Shown one piece after another: positions 26,696-40,626 of a stretch of DNA of 64,000 nucleotides. The stretch is from the human T2T-CHM13v2.0 reference genome, Homo sapiens. Position numbers and translations under genes: made by a program. The notes under the pieces are model-generated. The model was not told where the DNA came from. It made no database searches and was given only the letters and a program-made list of their open reading frames with translations. The stretch is from assembly GCF_009914755.1 (NCBI RefSeq), contig NC_060928.1. The stretch is one strand, 5' to 3'. The stretch's first letter is position 1; each line of letters begins with the position of its first letter.

Positions 26696-28236
26696 ACATC
26701 TTAAGATATATTTTCTCTAACACTTGACCTAAAAGACCATTTCTAGTTTTCCTCTCTCTCTCTCTAATCAGTTTTCTACTCCTTTCTTTTACTATCTCTT
26801 TGGAATCTCTGCATTTTCCAATGCAGTCCCCAAACTTTGATTCTCCAGCTCTATAGTACCCACATTTGCATAATAAGAGCCCACAGTGGGGTGAGAGAGG
26901 AATAAGAAAGAAAAATGCAGAGTATACCACATCCAAATTTTCCCTTTAACTCAGGATGAGGGGGCGGTAGAAGAGCTGTGAATTGGCATTTTTGGATAAC
27001 ATTTTCTGGTTATATTGGATGTGAGTTACTGTAGAGGGAGAATCGGAGGATGGACCTGAGTTTCACACCAAGCAGCAGATCTGAGGCAGCATGAGAAAAC
27101 ATGGACTCTGCAGGTGACCTCAAGAACCTGTAGTCACATAGGAATTCACAGAATCCTCCGCACCTTTTGACTTCCATCAGTTCTTGGAAATGTAGGAAAT
27201 GTGATCCAATTTCTTTAACATTTTGAGAGATGTGCAGTCTTGCTCAGAATATAGAAAAGGGCAGAAATGGATTTCTTTTATATGAAGATACACATTTGTC
27301 AGGACCCTTAGTACAACAGAGAGATTGATGGTGAGTGGTCAAGAATTTAATCTTTTTTTCAGTAAGAAGGACAATTTATTAGGTTAAATAATGCATTTAT
27401 AAAGTGTGTTTTGTATGCATAAGATGGCACACATAAAACATTCATTTCTACATGCAAAGAATCATGTGCTTATGAATGTGGAAATGAATATATACAATAT
27501 GTGGATTTAGATGAATATGTTTGGTTAGTAAGATATATGAATGATGTAGTAAAAATGTAAGACTTTACAATCTGGCAGCCCACAGAATGAAGTGAGTTAA
27601 GAACACAGATGAAGACTGTGATCTTGTAGGCTAGTGGTCTCAGCCCTCTTAGCTCCCCTAATAGTATGTCATGCTAATGACTTTATCGTGAGCAAAAACA
27701 CATCCAAATAAAGTAAATGGAAAGGATGAGAGAGAACAAGTGGTTGAGTGACTAACCCAAGACATATAGGTATGAGCCTGGATTTACATGGCTACTGTTT
27801 CTCCTTCTAGCCTGATCAAGACCAAGGTAAAGAAATCAAAAGTTGGTGCCTCCCACATTGTCTTGCCCATCCTACCTGTTGAAGTGTCCCTGGACCACAG
27901 GGTGGCAGAACGTCTCATCCTGGTGGGTTTGGAGGCCTGGTGTGAATGGCCTACACATGTAAGCCTAGACTACTCTCCCTTACCCTGCTGCCTCCAAAGA
28001 GGGGTAGAGCATGCAGGATGGATGGCAGGGTGGCCTCAAGTGACCTCTCATGTGTATTTATATTTATGTGATGGGCGTAGAATTACGCAACCAACCTTGT
28101 CTTTCTCTCACCTTCCTAGTAGAAACCCAGGCTGGTCCCATTAGCTCACTGGTGACTCTTGGACAATGAAACTTTCTTTGGTCACCTTTAATCACAGACA
28201 CAGATCAACTTGGGTAATTTAAAAATGTTCACTCCT

Positions 28237-28593
<357 letters not shown>

Positions 28594-30160
28594 TTAACAA
28601 AGGTCCAAGAAGTGGGAAAGCCAGCATTTAAACCCATGTCCGTCTCACTCGCAGGCCATACTTCCCCCTCTCTACCAGGTGCCTCCAAAGAGACACCCTG
28701 ACTCTCTCACCTTTCTCCCGCACCTGTTGTATCAACCCCTGAGCAAGTGATGAGTGAAAGGTTGCCAGCCAGTTGCATCCCGTCCTTTTAGCATGTCCTG
28801 AGTGGGTGATGTTCTTAGAGACAGAACTCTGAGATCACACGAAAAGTATCATCTACCATTCTGTCACACCAGGAGAAGAGGAGAATTGTTTGCAAACAGT
28901 TTCTTAGCCTGCAGTCCATAAATAGCCTCCTGGTGGGAAGATAGGTATTTTCTTTAATTTTTTTTGTATACTAAATTATCTTTGTGAAATGAGCTTTTTA
29001 AATGTAAAAATATTGTTGCTGTGTAGTTTCACCGCAAATAAATGTAGGATGGAAAAGATGTTTCTGTACGTGGTTAGTAACAGATATAGTAGTAATTACC
29101 CTGACATCCCATTGATGAGAGGAGATTCCTATTGATAGGAATGCATGACATCACACCCTATCATTGTGAATGGGCACACCTGCCTTTGCTCATATCAGGT
29201 CTAGCTTGAGTGGAAAAATATCAGTGAAAAGAGATGAGGTCCAAATTTACCTGTATCCATTGTTTCCATTTATATGACTGAACATGATAAGGATTCCCCA
29301 CCTTCCCAAACCCCAGTGCTTCTTGTGTGGCAAAGTTAATGTTTGTCCATCCTGACATTGAACAATGCAGACATTTTTTCATGAGAAAGCTTAATTTTAA
29401 AAGCCTGGACCTGTATTTAAACTTGTATTTGTCTCAATACAAAATCCTTTGATTGAAACATCTTACACAGTTATTTCTTTACCCTTCAAATAAAATCAGC
29501 CATATACAGTTGAAGAGATTTGGGGAAATCCTTGTTCTATGGAGCTGACGTAGCTTATTTGGGAATTGAGGTAGATAAAGAAAATGGAAGCAACAGTTCT
29601 GTCAGATGGAACCGGCCATCTGGAATTATCACTATTTCTTTTAACGTGATGGCCTATGAAGATGTGTTGCTTGGGGTTGCTGCAGCTTCTTGTGACCGTG
29701 AAGGGGACATGAAGAGAATTACAGAGAAGCTTGCTCAGAACTTTGATGTTGTTGAGCTGCTGAGTTAATAGTGCAATTTTCAGACTTATTTTCAGACTTA
29801 TTACCTGGGGAAAAACACATTCTTAGGGTTTAAATCAATTTAAATTTAAATCAATTTACATATATTTTATTGCTTATTCTCCATCACAGCTTAACAAATG
29901 TGGATAGGATCCTTGATTTTTCATCCTCTTTTGGTGAATGCTGGTGCTCCTTGGCACAAGTCTCTCAGCAGAGACTTTGGGAACACTGATTCTTTTGTGA
30001 GTCAGCATTTAATATCTTCAAAAGGAAAAGGCAGACTGAAAGGATATCAAAGATGATATGCATGGACCATGTCAAGCTGCCTACTACCATTTCAACTTCT
30101 ATTTCAAAGCAAGCACCATCGTGTCTTTAAAATTGATTTTTTTAGCAGATTTAAGATGGA

Positions 30161-30743
<583 letters not shown>

Positions 30744-30834
30744 TGAAGGGCTGTTGTGTGAGACAGTTACAGTAGCTTGTAGCTTTATTGGAAAAGAAAT
30801 TTGGGTTAATGGAGGCAACATGGCACCATAGGTG

Positions 30835-31000
30835 CGAGTGTAGCTTCTAGAGTTGGACATCGCCTCTGAGAGCCTCTGTTTTCTAATGTAAAAGATGGGA
30901 GCATAGGGATTCATCTCATAGGTTTAATGTGATGTATAGTAATTCACTGAATAGAAAATGATTTTATCGTGTATAGTGCATTAGCATAGTCATTAGCATC
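30835..31000 (+). mobile_element. MIR fragment
   Basis: GCCTCTGTTTTCTAATGTAAAAGATGGG...CTCATAGG. Confidence 0.55.
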
Positions 31001-31104
31001 TCAAGGTCATAACCAATCACCTTGAGAATCACCTGCAGGGCTAAACTATTGATGCCAATGGAGGCACCTAAGGCAAAAGATAGGAAGAAAGCATAGGTGA
31101 GGGT

Positions 31105-31320
31105 CAAGAGGTGCGAGTTAGCACAGATGAACAGAGCACACCTTTGGCACTTACTCCCCTGTGACCTAGAACAAATGACCTCCTTTCTCTGAGCCTCAAT
31201 GTCCTTATCTTCAAACTAGAGATAATAATGTTCACCTCATGAGGATATTGAGAAGGTTAGATAAGAAAAGGTGTGTGTGGACAGCACCTGGCCCAGTGGG
31301 GTGTTCAGGAAATGAGCTAT
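31105..31320 (+). mobile_element. MIR
   Basis: CTGTGACCTAG...TCTCTGAGCCTCAATGTCCTTATCT...GATAATAATG. Confidence 0.75.
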
Positions 31321-31789
31321 CCCTCCCTCCTTCCGTCCACCTCCCCCCATCTCAGTTCTGTCTTTGCTCTTAACAGGTGACCTGAATATCCATGCACAGG
31401 TGTGGGTGAATACATGGAATAGTCCCATCAGTACAGATGCACAGGGAAGTTGAGGCCTCGACAGTGGTTATAGCGTAACCCCAGGCCCTGGTGGAGGCCA
31501 TTCTTGTCCTGCCTTGGGCTGACCTGCCCCACTCTGTGTCCCATGGGGCGATGGTGCAGCAGGAGCCTGGGGGCACTGCCCAGTATCTGAGGTTCACATT
31601 GGAAGGAAGGAGTTGGATCAAGGTGGTGGTGGTGGGAGAAAGGTGTTAGTGCTTGTGTTTGTGAAAATTGTTATTGTTGTTGTTATTTTGAGGCAGTCAC
31701 ATTGCCTTCCAGAAAGCTTTAGAGAACTGGGGGAGGCAATAAACGAAAATTTGAAGGGAATAACATTCAACTCATTCAACATCCTCTTG

Positions 31790-32010
31790 AGTCCCTCACT
31801 TCAGTTTAGCCATCCTTTGTACCCTTACCCACTTTATTTATTTATTTTTTAGCACGTAAGCCTTGAAATGTAAGTATATATGTTCTACTTGTTTGTCGTC
31901 TGCCTTCCTTCTAGAAGGTAAGTTTCATAATGGCAGGGACTAGATCATGTTCACTGAGCCTAGAACAGTGCTTGGAGCATTGAAGATATGTAACCAGATT
32001 ATTGAATAAA
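31790..32010 (+). mobile_element. L2 3' end
   Basis: CTAGAAGGTAAGTTTCATAATGGCAGGGAC...CCTAGAACAGTGCTTGG...TTGAATAAAT. Confidence 0.7.
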
Positions 32011-32055
32011 TACAGGTCCAAATGTTTAAAGCAAACTATGGGTTATAGGAAATTC

Positions 32056-32357
32056 TTTTTTTTTTTTTTTTTTTGAGATGAGGTCTTGCTCTGTTGCTCA
32101 GGCTGGAATGCAGTAACATGATCATGGCTCATTGCAGCCTCGACCTCCTGGGCTCTAGTGATCCTCCCACCTCAGCCTCCTGAGTAGCTGGGACCACAGG
32201 TGCACACCACCACACCTGGCTAATTTTTAAAATCTTTTGTAGAGATCAGGTCTTCCCATGTTGCCCAAGCTGGTCTTGAACTCCTGGCCTCAAATGTTCC
32301 TCCTGCCTCGGCCTCCCAAAGTGCTGAGATTACAAGCGTGAGCCACCACACCCAGCC
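32056..32357 (-). mobile_element. AluJ
   Basis: GCAGCCTCGACCTCCTGGGCTC and GATCCTCCCACCTCAGCC (J diagnostics). Confidence 0.93.
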
Positions 32358-32504
32358 CCTATAGAAAATAATTTTTATTGATGTGACAGGATTCAAAGCC
32401 TAAACTTTTGCTAGAATTCCACATACTTTTTAATTATATATGGAAATTGGCTTGAGCCAAGTTCCTGTACCATGGTCCCTTCCTACACCTCCAGTCTTTA
32501 TGAC

Positions 32505-32850
32505 TGTGGTAAGACAATACACCCCCATGCCATTTACTCAGTGCAGCAATATGACTTGCTTCAGTCTATGAAATGTGAGTGCAAGTAACGTGTATCACGT
32601 CCAGGCAGAAACTTTGAGAGCTAGTGTATTGTTTGCTATACTCCTTTTCTCTTCCTCTGATCTTGGAGTCATGAGTCCAGATGGAGCTTTTGCCAGCCTG
32701 GGTTTCTGAGTGGCTAAGGTGGGTATAGCTCGCTTGTCAACCCATGATGGATGGTCGTGAGGTGTGGTGAGAAATGAACTTGGTTGTTTTCAGCTGCTGA
32801 GGTTTTCAGATTGTTATTGTAGCACAACCTAGCCTATTCCGATGAATCCA
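32505..32850 (+). mobile_element. MLT1I/J-like LTR
   Basis: ATGACTTGCTTCAGTCTATGAAATGTGAGTGCAAGT...GCACAACCTAGCCTATTCCGA. Confidence 0.65.
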
Positions 32851-33860
32851 GAGCTCACTTCCATCTTTTCTGCTTTATTGATTCATATCTTTAGCCCCAA
32901 ACACAGGTAACTTGGAGCCTGGGAATGGAAGGAATTGCATTTACAGAACACTTTCCAAGTGCCAGGCTAGTGGTGGCAGTCATTCTCGGGCCATTTTTTT
33001 CTTTTTAAGAGACAGGGTCTCGCTATGTTGCCCAGGCTTGACTTGTACCTCTGCATCCAGTTCCAAGTCATTTTATTTCAACCTCTTTACAGTCAAAGAG
33101 ATAGGCAGGGACTCCTAGCTTCAGTGTAGGGCTGAGGAAACTGAGGCCCGGGAAAGGTTAAACACCTGCTGCAGGGCCGTTTGGTTTCTGCTCCCAAGCT
33201 TTCACTCTTTCCACTACAGCAACTGCCTGCCACTGAAATGCATGCTAAGGTCATTCTGAGAGCGGGTGTTTGAATCTTAAAAAAACAATAACCTTTACTA
33301 ATGACCTGGTAATTGTTTTTATTGCTTCCCAAAGAAGTGTGAAGTGGTCTGAGAGACGACACAAGACAATTTCCTTTGATGGTGAAGTTTTCCAAAGAAC
33401 AATTGCCTCACTCTTCTGATCTGTTGGTGCCTTGGCTTTGCTGTGATATTATACTGATGCTGAGCGCAAGCCTGGGAACTTTGAAAAAGCTGCCGAGGTT
33501 GGAAAGAATGTTGGGCTCAGCCATGCCTTTATTTAAAATCATTAATCCTGTCTTACTTTTATAAAAATGGTCACATAATAATATATGAACCAATGATAAA
33601 TAGTGACATCTATCAAATTCTTATGCTATCCCATGACTGGGCTCTCAGCACTTAAAGTCGCCACCCTCTTCATCCAGACCCCGGCAAGCTGCCTGTTGCA
33701 AGGCGAGGGCTCCATAAATATCTCTGTAATGAATGAATTATCCTACAACAAACATTTGCTGGACCTGCTGCTTTGAGCCCTGCTCAAAGGCAATGAAATG
33801 TTTTCTATGTGAAAATTTATTGAGAGGAGAGGAAAAAGGCTAGTGTTCAGACAACTTGGT

Positions 33861-33924
33861 CATCTAATTCACATCCAAAAGCCATTCTAAATCCCAAGAA
33901 CGGCGTTTGGATGTGAATTAGATG
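33861..33924. other. 64-nt inverted repeat (28-bp arms, 2 mismatches, 8-nt loop)
   Basis: CATCTAATTCACATCCAAAAGCCATTCT-AAATCCCA-AGAACGGCGTTTGGATGTGAATTAGATG. Confidence 0.95.
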
Positions 33925-34381
33925 TGATTAACGAGAAGGCGAGGAAATTAATTCTAACTGAAAACATTAATGATTTTGTTAGCTAACATATTAGAGTTAG
34001 GTCAAACTTATGACATTTTAGAGTTGCCTTTTATTGGCTTTAGTACAAATAATCGGACTCAGTCTGTCCAGAGCACTACATTTCGCGTAGGAAAATGTCT
34101 TATGTTAAGACATTTAAAAGTTTATTTACAAAGCCCTTCCCAAGAGTTGCTTAATTTTATTCTTACCTTTCCCCTGTGAAGGCAGGGCGGATATGTTCAG
34201 TATGAGTTGCAGCTGCGGAAGTTTAGAGATTCTCAGGAACCTACCTAAAACCACACACTAACCCAAAGGCAGAGGGGTCTGGAACCTGGGACGCCAGCTG
34301 TGATTTCTGGTAGGTTCCAAGGGGGCTAAGCAGGTGATTGTTGTACCTTTTGTGTTGTTGTTGCTGTTCCTTTTAAGATAG

Positions 34382-34765
<384 letters not shown>

Positions 34766-34792
34766 TGAAAACCTGAAATAAGATGACATACC

Positions 34793-35251
34793 TGTGATGG
34801 TGAATTTTATGTGTCAACTTGGCTAGGCTATGGTGCCCAGCTGCTTCATCAAACACCAGTCTAGATGTGGCTGGGAAGATATTTTTTTTTAGCTGTGATT
34901 AACATTTAAATCAGTAGACTCTGAGTAAAGCAGATGATGCTTCATAGCGGGGGTGGGCCTCATCCAATCAGTTGAAGGCCTTAAGAAAAAAGACTGAGAT
35001 CCTCCAAAGAAGAAGGAATTCTGCCTCCACACTGCCTTTGCACTGAAGACTGCAACATCAATTCCTGGCAGAATTTCCAGCCTGCTGGCCAGCCTTACAT
35101 ATCTCAGACTTGCCAGCCCTCATAATCGTGTGAGCCAATTCCTTAAAAATAAATCTCTTTCTATGTTTAAGTCTGTATCTCTATCGTGTATAATAGGATA
35201 TATGCACACACTCTATTTGTTCGGTTTCTCTGGAGACCTCTGACTAATATA
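34793..35251 (+). mobile_element. MLT2 (MLT2D-like) ERVL solo LTR
   Basis: TGTGATGGTGAATTTTATGTGTCAACTTGGCTAGG...TTTCTCTGGAGACCTCTGACTAATATA. Confidence 0.88.
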
Positions 35252-36115
35252 ATACCTTATGCCTTTCTGGTAGATGAATAAGATGATGATAATGACAATG
35301 ACGGTGCCCATTTTTTAGTCCCTACTATATGCCAGATGCTTTTCTTGAGCTATCACAAATGAAGAAATCAAAGTGAGTTGAAATAACTCACCCAAAGTCA
35401 GAGAGCTAGAAAGCGACAGAGAATGGAGCCAGCTTTCTGGTCCTAATCACTAGAACAAATATTTCTAAGATTCCTCTGGCAATCCGTTTTCTAAGCAGTC
35501 TAAAGATGCATTATGGCAAAAATTAGGCAGCCAACTATGTTTTCCAGATGTGGTATCTTATTCTTTGAAAAACGATAGTCCACTGGGCAAGTCATATTTG
35601 TGTAAATGTAGTATAATATTTGGAATTAAAAGAAAGAGGAAATCTATTTACTTCCTTTCCAAATTCATTACCACAGCAACTCCAATACCTGTCACCTGGA
35701 ACTCAAAAACCAAGTTCCATCTGGATGACAGAAGACAAAAGACTATTCCTGCCTTTTTCCGTTGGTTTTGGGTTTGGAGATGTTTGGGTTTTGCACGGGG
35801 GAGAGTGATGATAAATGATCCTGAAGCCCGAGCTTTCTCTTTGCATGCAGCCTGGCCCTCAGGAGCATAAGCTAATGTTCCAGAGAGATGAAAAAGAGAT
35901 AGAGTTTGAGGGCGGCTGCCACCTGTCCCCGTGTAGTACGTGCAATACAGGTGCCATTTATTTCACCTGTCACACGTACACAAATATGTAAACCTCAGGA
36001 AAATCAGCTTTCCATCTTTCTCTGAGAAACTTGGTGTGAGCTTTGGAAATTAAAAAAAAAAAGGTGGGGAGCATCCTTCACATGCTCTTATTTTTAGCTC
36101 CTCTCTCCTTTGCAG

Positions 36116-36211
36116 AATGGCTAACGCCAACTCAAACTATTTCTGCAAAGAGTTGCTGGGGACAAAGTGGAGATGTGGGTAGGCCTCCTTGAGCCAGGCT
36201 CTCAGAAGCAG
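36116..36211 (+). other. Candidate 96-nt non-coding exon
   Basis: Acceptor CTCCTCTCTCCTTTGCAG, donor CAG/GTGAGA; stops in all three frames. No transcript evidence available. Confidence 0.3.
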
Positions 36212-36219
36212 GTGAGATG

Positions 36220-36700
36220 CAAGATAAAGCAATCGCTTTTCAACCACCTTTGACGTAAGTGCTGGAGATTTCTTCAATTAGCTTAATCCTTTCCTCCTGA
36301 CATACACTTTACAGGAAAGCAAATGCCATAATTATCCTCCCCCATCCTCTCTAATCCCTGTCTGTGTGGCATGCCGACAGATGCTTTTCTGCTTGCCCGC
36401 GCTGCCAGCCTCTTGGAGCCCAGTGCCACAATGAGGCGGGCTGTGTGTGACAGATTGCTAAATCTGGCCTCCTCGAAGCAGGAGACTCGGCGTTCAAGTG
36501 GCGCCGGCTGCTCACGCCTCCCTGTGGGGCCGAGGCAGGCCTGGCTTTGGGCAGGCCCAGAAAGTTCTGGAGGGCTGCCTTGTGACTCAGACAATCCCTT
36601 GCAGAGATGGCCAGCCCTCCAACACTGACACAGCCCATCACGGGTAGCTTGCTTCGTTTAGGATTTCAATCTGGGACCCTGCCAGGAAAGGCCTTTTTCC
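36220..36700. promoter_or_regulatory. Candidate enhancer: unique, locally CpG-rich, motif cluster
   Basis: 11 CpGs in about 36375-36532; AGATAA, TGACGTAA, TGACAG, TCAAGTG and TGACTCA motifs. Confidence 0.4.
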
Positions 36701-36889
36701 ACCAGGGAAGAGTGTCCAGCACCCAAATACCATGGCAAGCATGGGGTGTCTGTCACTTGATAGCAACAAGAAAGTTACCTGATCTTATCCCACTGACTAA
36801 ATGCAACAGCGGCCCATCTGTTGGCAGCCATGTACTCATCTATATATATCTGTTATTTACATCCTTAACACATTATATATTTTTTTTGA

Positions 36890-37100
36890 GGTCACTATTT
36901 TGGATCCAGGAACTGTTATTAGAATTCAGTCCTACCTCTGACTTCCTATGTAACCCTTGAGTCACAGCCTCTGAGCCTCAGTTTCCTCATCTGTATGTTT
37001 GTAACCATTTTCTTTTGCAAGATCTTTGTGAAGATTGAGTAATATCATCAATACAATGCAGCTAGTATATAGTGGGTACTTAACAAATGTGATTTATTAA
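36890..37100 (+). mobile_element. MIR
   Basis: CTCTGAGCCTCAGTTTCCTCATCTGTA. Confidence 0.8.
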
Positions 37101-37282
37101 TGAGACTAACTATAGCATAGTAACATTACTGCTATTACTAATAATGTATACTTTGCTAGTGCTTTAGTTCATTCTAGTTTTCAAAATAATTTCATATAAC
37201 ATTTCTTTATCTTCTGCAGAGGCAGATATCATATCCCATTTTATTTTTCAGATAAGGTTTGAGATGCTGGAGATCATAGAGA

Positions 37283-37493
37283 TCAGGGGTTTGCATACTA
37301 TGGCCAGTGGACCAAATCCGACCCACTGTCTGTTTGTGTAAATAAAGTTTTATTGAAACACAACCATGTCCATTCAGTTCTGCATTGTCTGTGGCCACCT
37401 TTGCACTGCAAAGGCAGAGTTGAGAAGCATAGGCTTGCAAAACTTAACGTATTTCCTATCTGACTCTTTACAGAAAATGTTTGCTGACCTCTG
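37283..37493. mobile_element. MER58A (hAT-Charlie) inserted in a minus-strand MIR (about 37150-37540)
   Basis: CAGGGGTTTGCATACT...GTAAATAAAGTTTTATTGAAACACA...TTTGCTGACCTCTG, with TIRs. Confidence 0.88.
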
Positions 37494-39029
37494 ACATAGA
37501 TGATAAGTGGTGGAACCAGGAGTGAAATAATGCACCTGTCTATGGATGCCTCAATCTAGGGTTATATCAGGAACATGCCTTCTCTAAATGAAAAAAGCAA
37601 TGGTGGCAGCAGACAGCAAAATAATTCTGAAATTGTTTTTGTATGTTTTTAATCTACCTAAAATATATTTCTGCATCTCTTAATATAGTGTGCACAGCAG
37701 TGTCCCACATCCAGAGCTTAAGGTAGTTCAGAACTTGGGCCCCCAGGCAATGCCCTGAACTAGAGTCCACACATCAAGCTCCTGGCAGAGCCAGGGTGGG
37801 AACTGCAGCTTCTGATTCTGGAATAATTTCTCATGAAGGCTTGTTTCTCATCATTATCTCCATACAAATATTTCTTGTTACTTATTCTATGTTCTTCTCG
37901 CTCACATTTTCCCCTCTTCCTGAACTCAACTAAGTCTAAGGGCTCTTAGAAGCATCCCAAAGTGTTGCCAAGTGGCCTGGGGTTGCTCTCAGAGGTTCAG
38001 AGGTACAAATCCTACAGGCAGAAACACAGCTCTTTTGGCCCTTTCCTGCTTTCTCCCCTCCCCCAATATACCGTATTTCCCAGAAGTCTACTGCGTGCCA
38101 AGCCCAATCCTGGATGCTGGGGAGACATCTGCGGAGGACAAGACATGATAAGAAGCACACAGTCTAGTGGGGAAAAGTGGGCCCAGAAAGTAAAGGAGTC
38201 ACGATAAAATAGGATCAATTATTTGCTAAGGGCATGCAAATTGTTCAGTGGGTCTGGAATGAGAATTTGAAAGAAAACTGTGAGACATGGTTGAAGTTGG
38301 AGAAGTACAGAAGGGGAAAGCTCCCTCGGGGCCTTATATCAATGCTAAGGGGTTTGCATTATTTCCTGAAAGGACTAGGGAGTCCTTGAGGATTCAAGAC
38401 AGGGAGCAACCTCAGCCTGTCCTCACATCTGCAGGGCCTACAGCCTGCTGCCTGCTTCTTGTCTCTTCCCTCCCCAGATTCTCCCGACTTGGGCAGGTGT
38501 GTGTTTCCACCATCCTATGTCCAGTCTCCCTCCACATCCCACTCCCAGGGAAACTGCTACCCCTTGACCACACTTCAAGGCCTGGTAGTGTGGACACTAG
38601 CAGTGGCTCCACCTTCAGGGGAGGAGTCCTGTGCAGGCCCAGAATTGGCTCAGGGCTGGAATATCAGTAATGCAGGGTCCTGGGTGTCTGCATTCTAATC
38701 TGGAACCGTCTGCAGGTGGAGGACCAGATAGGGCTTTGTTGGGAACGTTCCTTTAGCCTGCAGACTCCTTGTTCCATAGGGAGGGGTGCAGCTGAGACCC
38801 AAGAGCTCTGAGAGCCAGAGCTGGGCCCTCTATAGTACAGAATCCAGGAATGAAGCCCAAGGCAAAAGATTGTGCCGCTTGCCTCATCAGATCCCTTGAG
38901 GCAGGGCCAGTTAAAAGGCGGCTAACGTATTTTATGGGATATCAATGGTGATCTGAAATGGGCAGGAAACAGCGTTGAAAGGAAGAAGACCAATTTGAGA
39001 ACAATTCAGGGAAAGAAATGGACAGGTGC

Positions 39030-39327
39030 AGCCGGGCGCAGTGACTCATGCCTGTGGTCCCAGCACTTTGGGAGGCCGAGGTGGGTGGATCACGAGGTCA
39101 GGAGTTCAAGACGAGCCTGGCCAAGATGGTGAAATCCCGTCTCTACTAAAAATACAAAAAATTAGCCGGGCGTGGTCGTGGGCACCTGTAATCCCAGCTA
39201 CTCTGGAGGCTGAGGCAGAGAATTGCTTGAAGCCAGGAGGTAGAGGTTGCAGTGAGCCGAGATTGTGCCACTGCACTCCAGCCTGGGCAACAGAGCTGGA
39301 CTCTGCTTCAAAAAAAAAAAAAAAAAA
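39030..39327 (+). mobile_element. AluSg-subgroup element
   Basis: GGATCACGAGG and GGCCAAGATGG; TSD AAAGAAATG(G/A)ACAGGTG. Confidence 0.95.
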
Positions 39328-40626
39328 GAAAGAAATGAACAGGTGCAACCCTCCTGGCTGGTGCAGTGGTCTTGCCCCTGTCGTCTGACAACGTTCCATA
39401 TTGTAGCTGAAGGGGCTGCTGTGTGCAGGCCCAGGGCAGCCTCCAAACACAGAGGATGACAAAGGGGAAATGCAGGGTTCTAACTAAAATGTGTACCTCT
39501 GTGTGGAAGTGAGCTCTGAAGGGTGAGTGTGAGTCAACCAGTGAAAGAGGGTGAGATAGCAGGTGAAGGAGAGAGGAGAGTGGCGGGGAAAAGCATTCCA
39601 AACAGAAGACTGTCAGGAGGTGAAGACACTGAAATGTCTGCAAATATTCTCTACGGCAGGGGTGAAAGAGGGAGGTGGCAAGTGGCAAAGGTAGGTTCGA
39701 CCCAGACTGTCTGTGGCATTAGTGCACAGCTGTGTGCGTGTGTGTGTATGTGTGGTGTGTGCACATGTGCACACTTAGGTGGGGAGGAAAGGCACATAGG
39801 AGATACATCTCCAAGCAATGCATTTAAAAAGGTTGCACATCTCCCCAGCCAGTCAGAGGACTGTCGGCCTCAATGCTCACTTCCTCTCTTTTGCATGGAT
39901 GTGTAAAAGTGCAGAAAGAATTCAATCTCAAAGAGATGAAGAGAACATCACAATAACAACAACACACGCATGCCCAAAGCAAAATGAGCAAGAGCTTCAA
40001 ACAGCTCTTCATCCCACACAGATGAAAGTAATTCGATATTTGACACAACTAAGTATCTAAAATGCAGGCAAGAGTGACATGACTTAGATGCCAATCACGC
40101 TGCTTTTAACGAGTTCTTCCATTGTGTTTATGTCTGAGGCCACAGTAGCCCCAGAGGACTCCTGGGTCAGTTATCTATATTTGGAACATTGTGTGTACTC
40201 TCTTTGCACAAAGCAGGGCCCACTTCCAGGAAGATATTATGTTTTCCCCATCAATAAAGCTTGATTTTTATGGGTGTTTAAAACCATACTAGCAAAACCC
40301 ATTGGTATTATGGGTAGGTGTTGAACCAGTTGCAGGATGCAAGTCAGCCATCGTCTATCATCCTCGTGAGCTCAAATGCCCTAAAATATTGCCCTTGAGG
40401 TTCTTCCCAGAGAGACCAGCCTTGCCAATTTTGCAGTATTGTTGAAATAAGAAAGAATTTCTGGAAGATTGCAAGGCATTTGGAAAGAACCATGCATTTT
40501 CTTGAGGGATGCTGGCTGAGTCTATTTTTAGGCTGCCTTATTGAAAGGCCACTTCTACTTCATCTCCTTACTACAAGTCCTCCTGTTTTCTCTTTTAGTA
40601 TTCATGTGGTTTCTAATATGGGGTGG

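Noticed and set aside
31330-31420. Strong-looking acceptor TCTGTCTTTGCTCTTAACAG
   Set aside because: No convincing donor or reading frame follows, so no exon can be supported.
36283-36960. Overlapping 85-117 aa ORFs on both strands
   Set aside because: Expected from local GC richness; no recognisable domain or coding-exon structure.
38287-38698. 127-aa ORF
   Set aside because: No recognisable homology, promoter or splice context; length compatible with chance.
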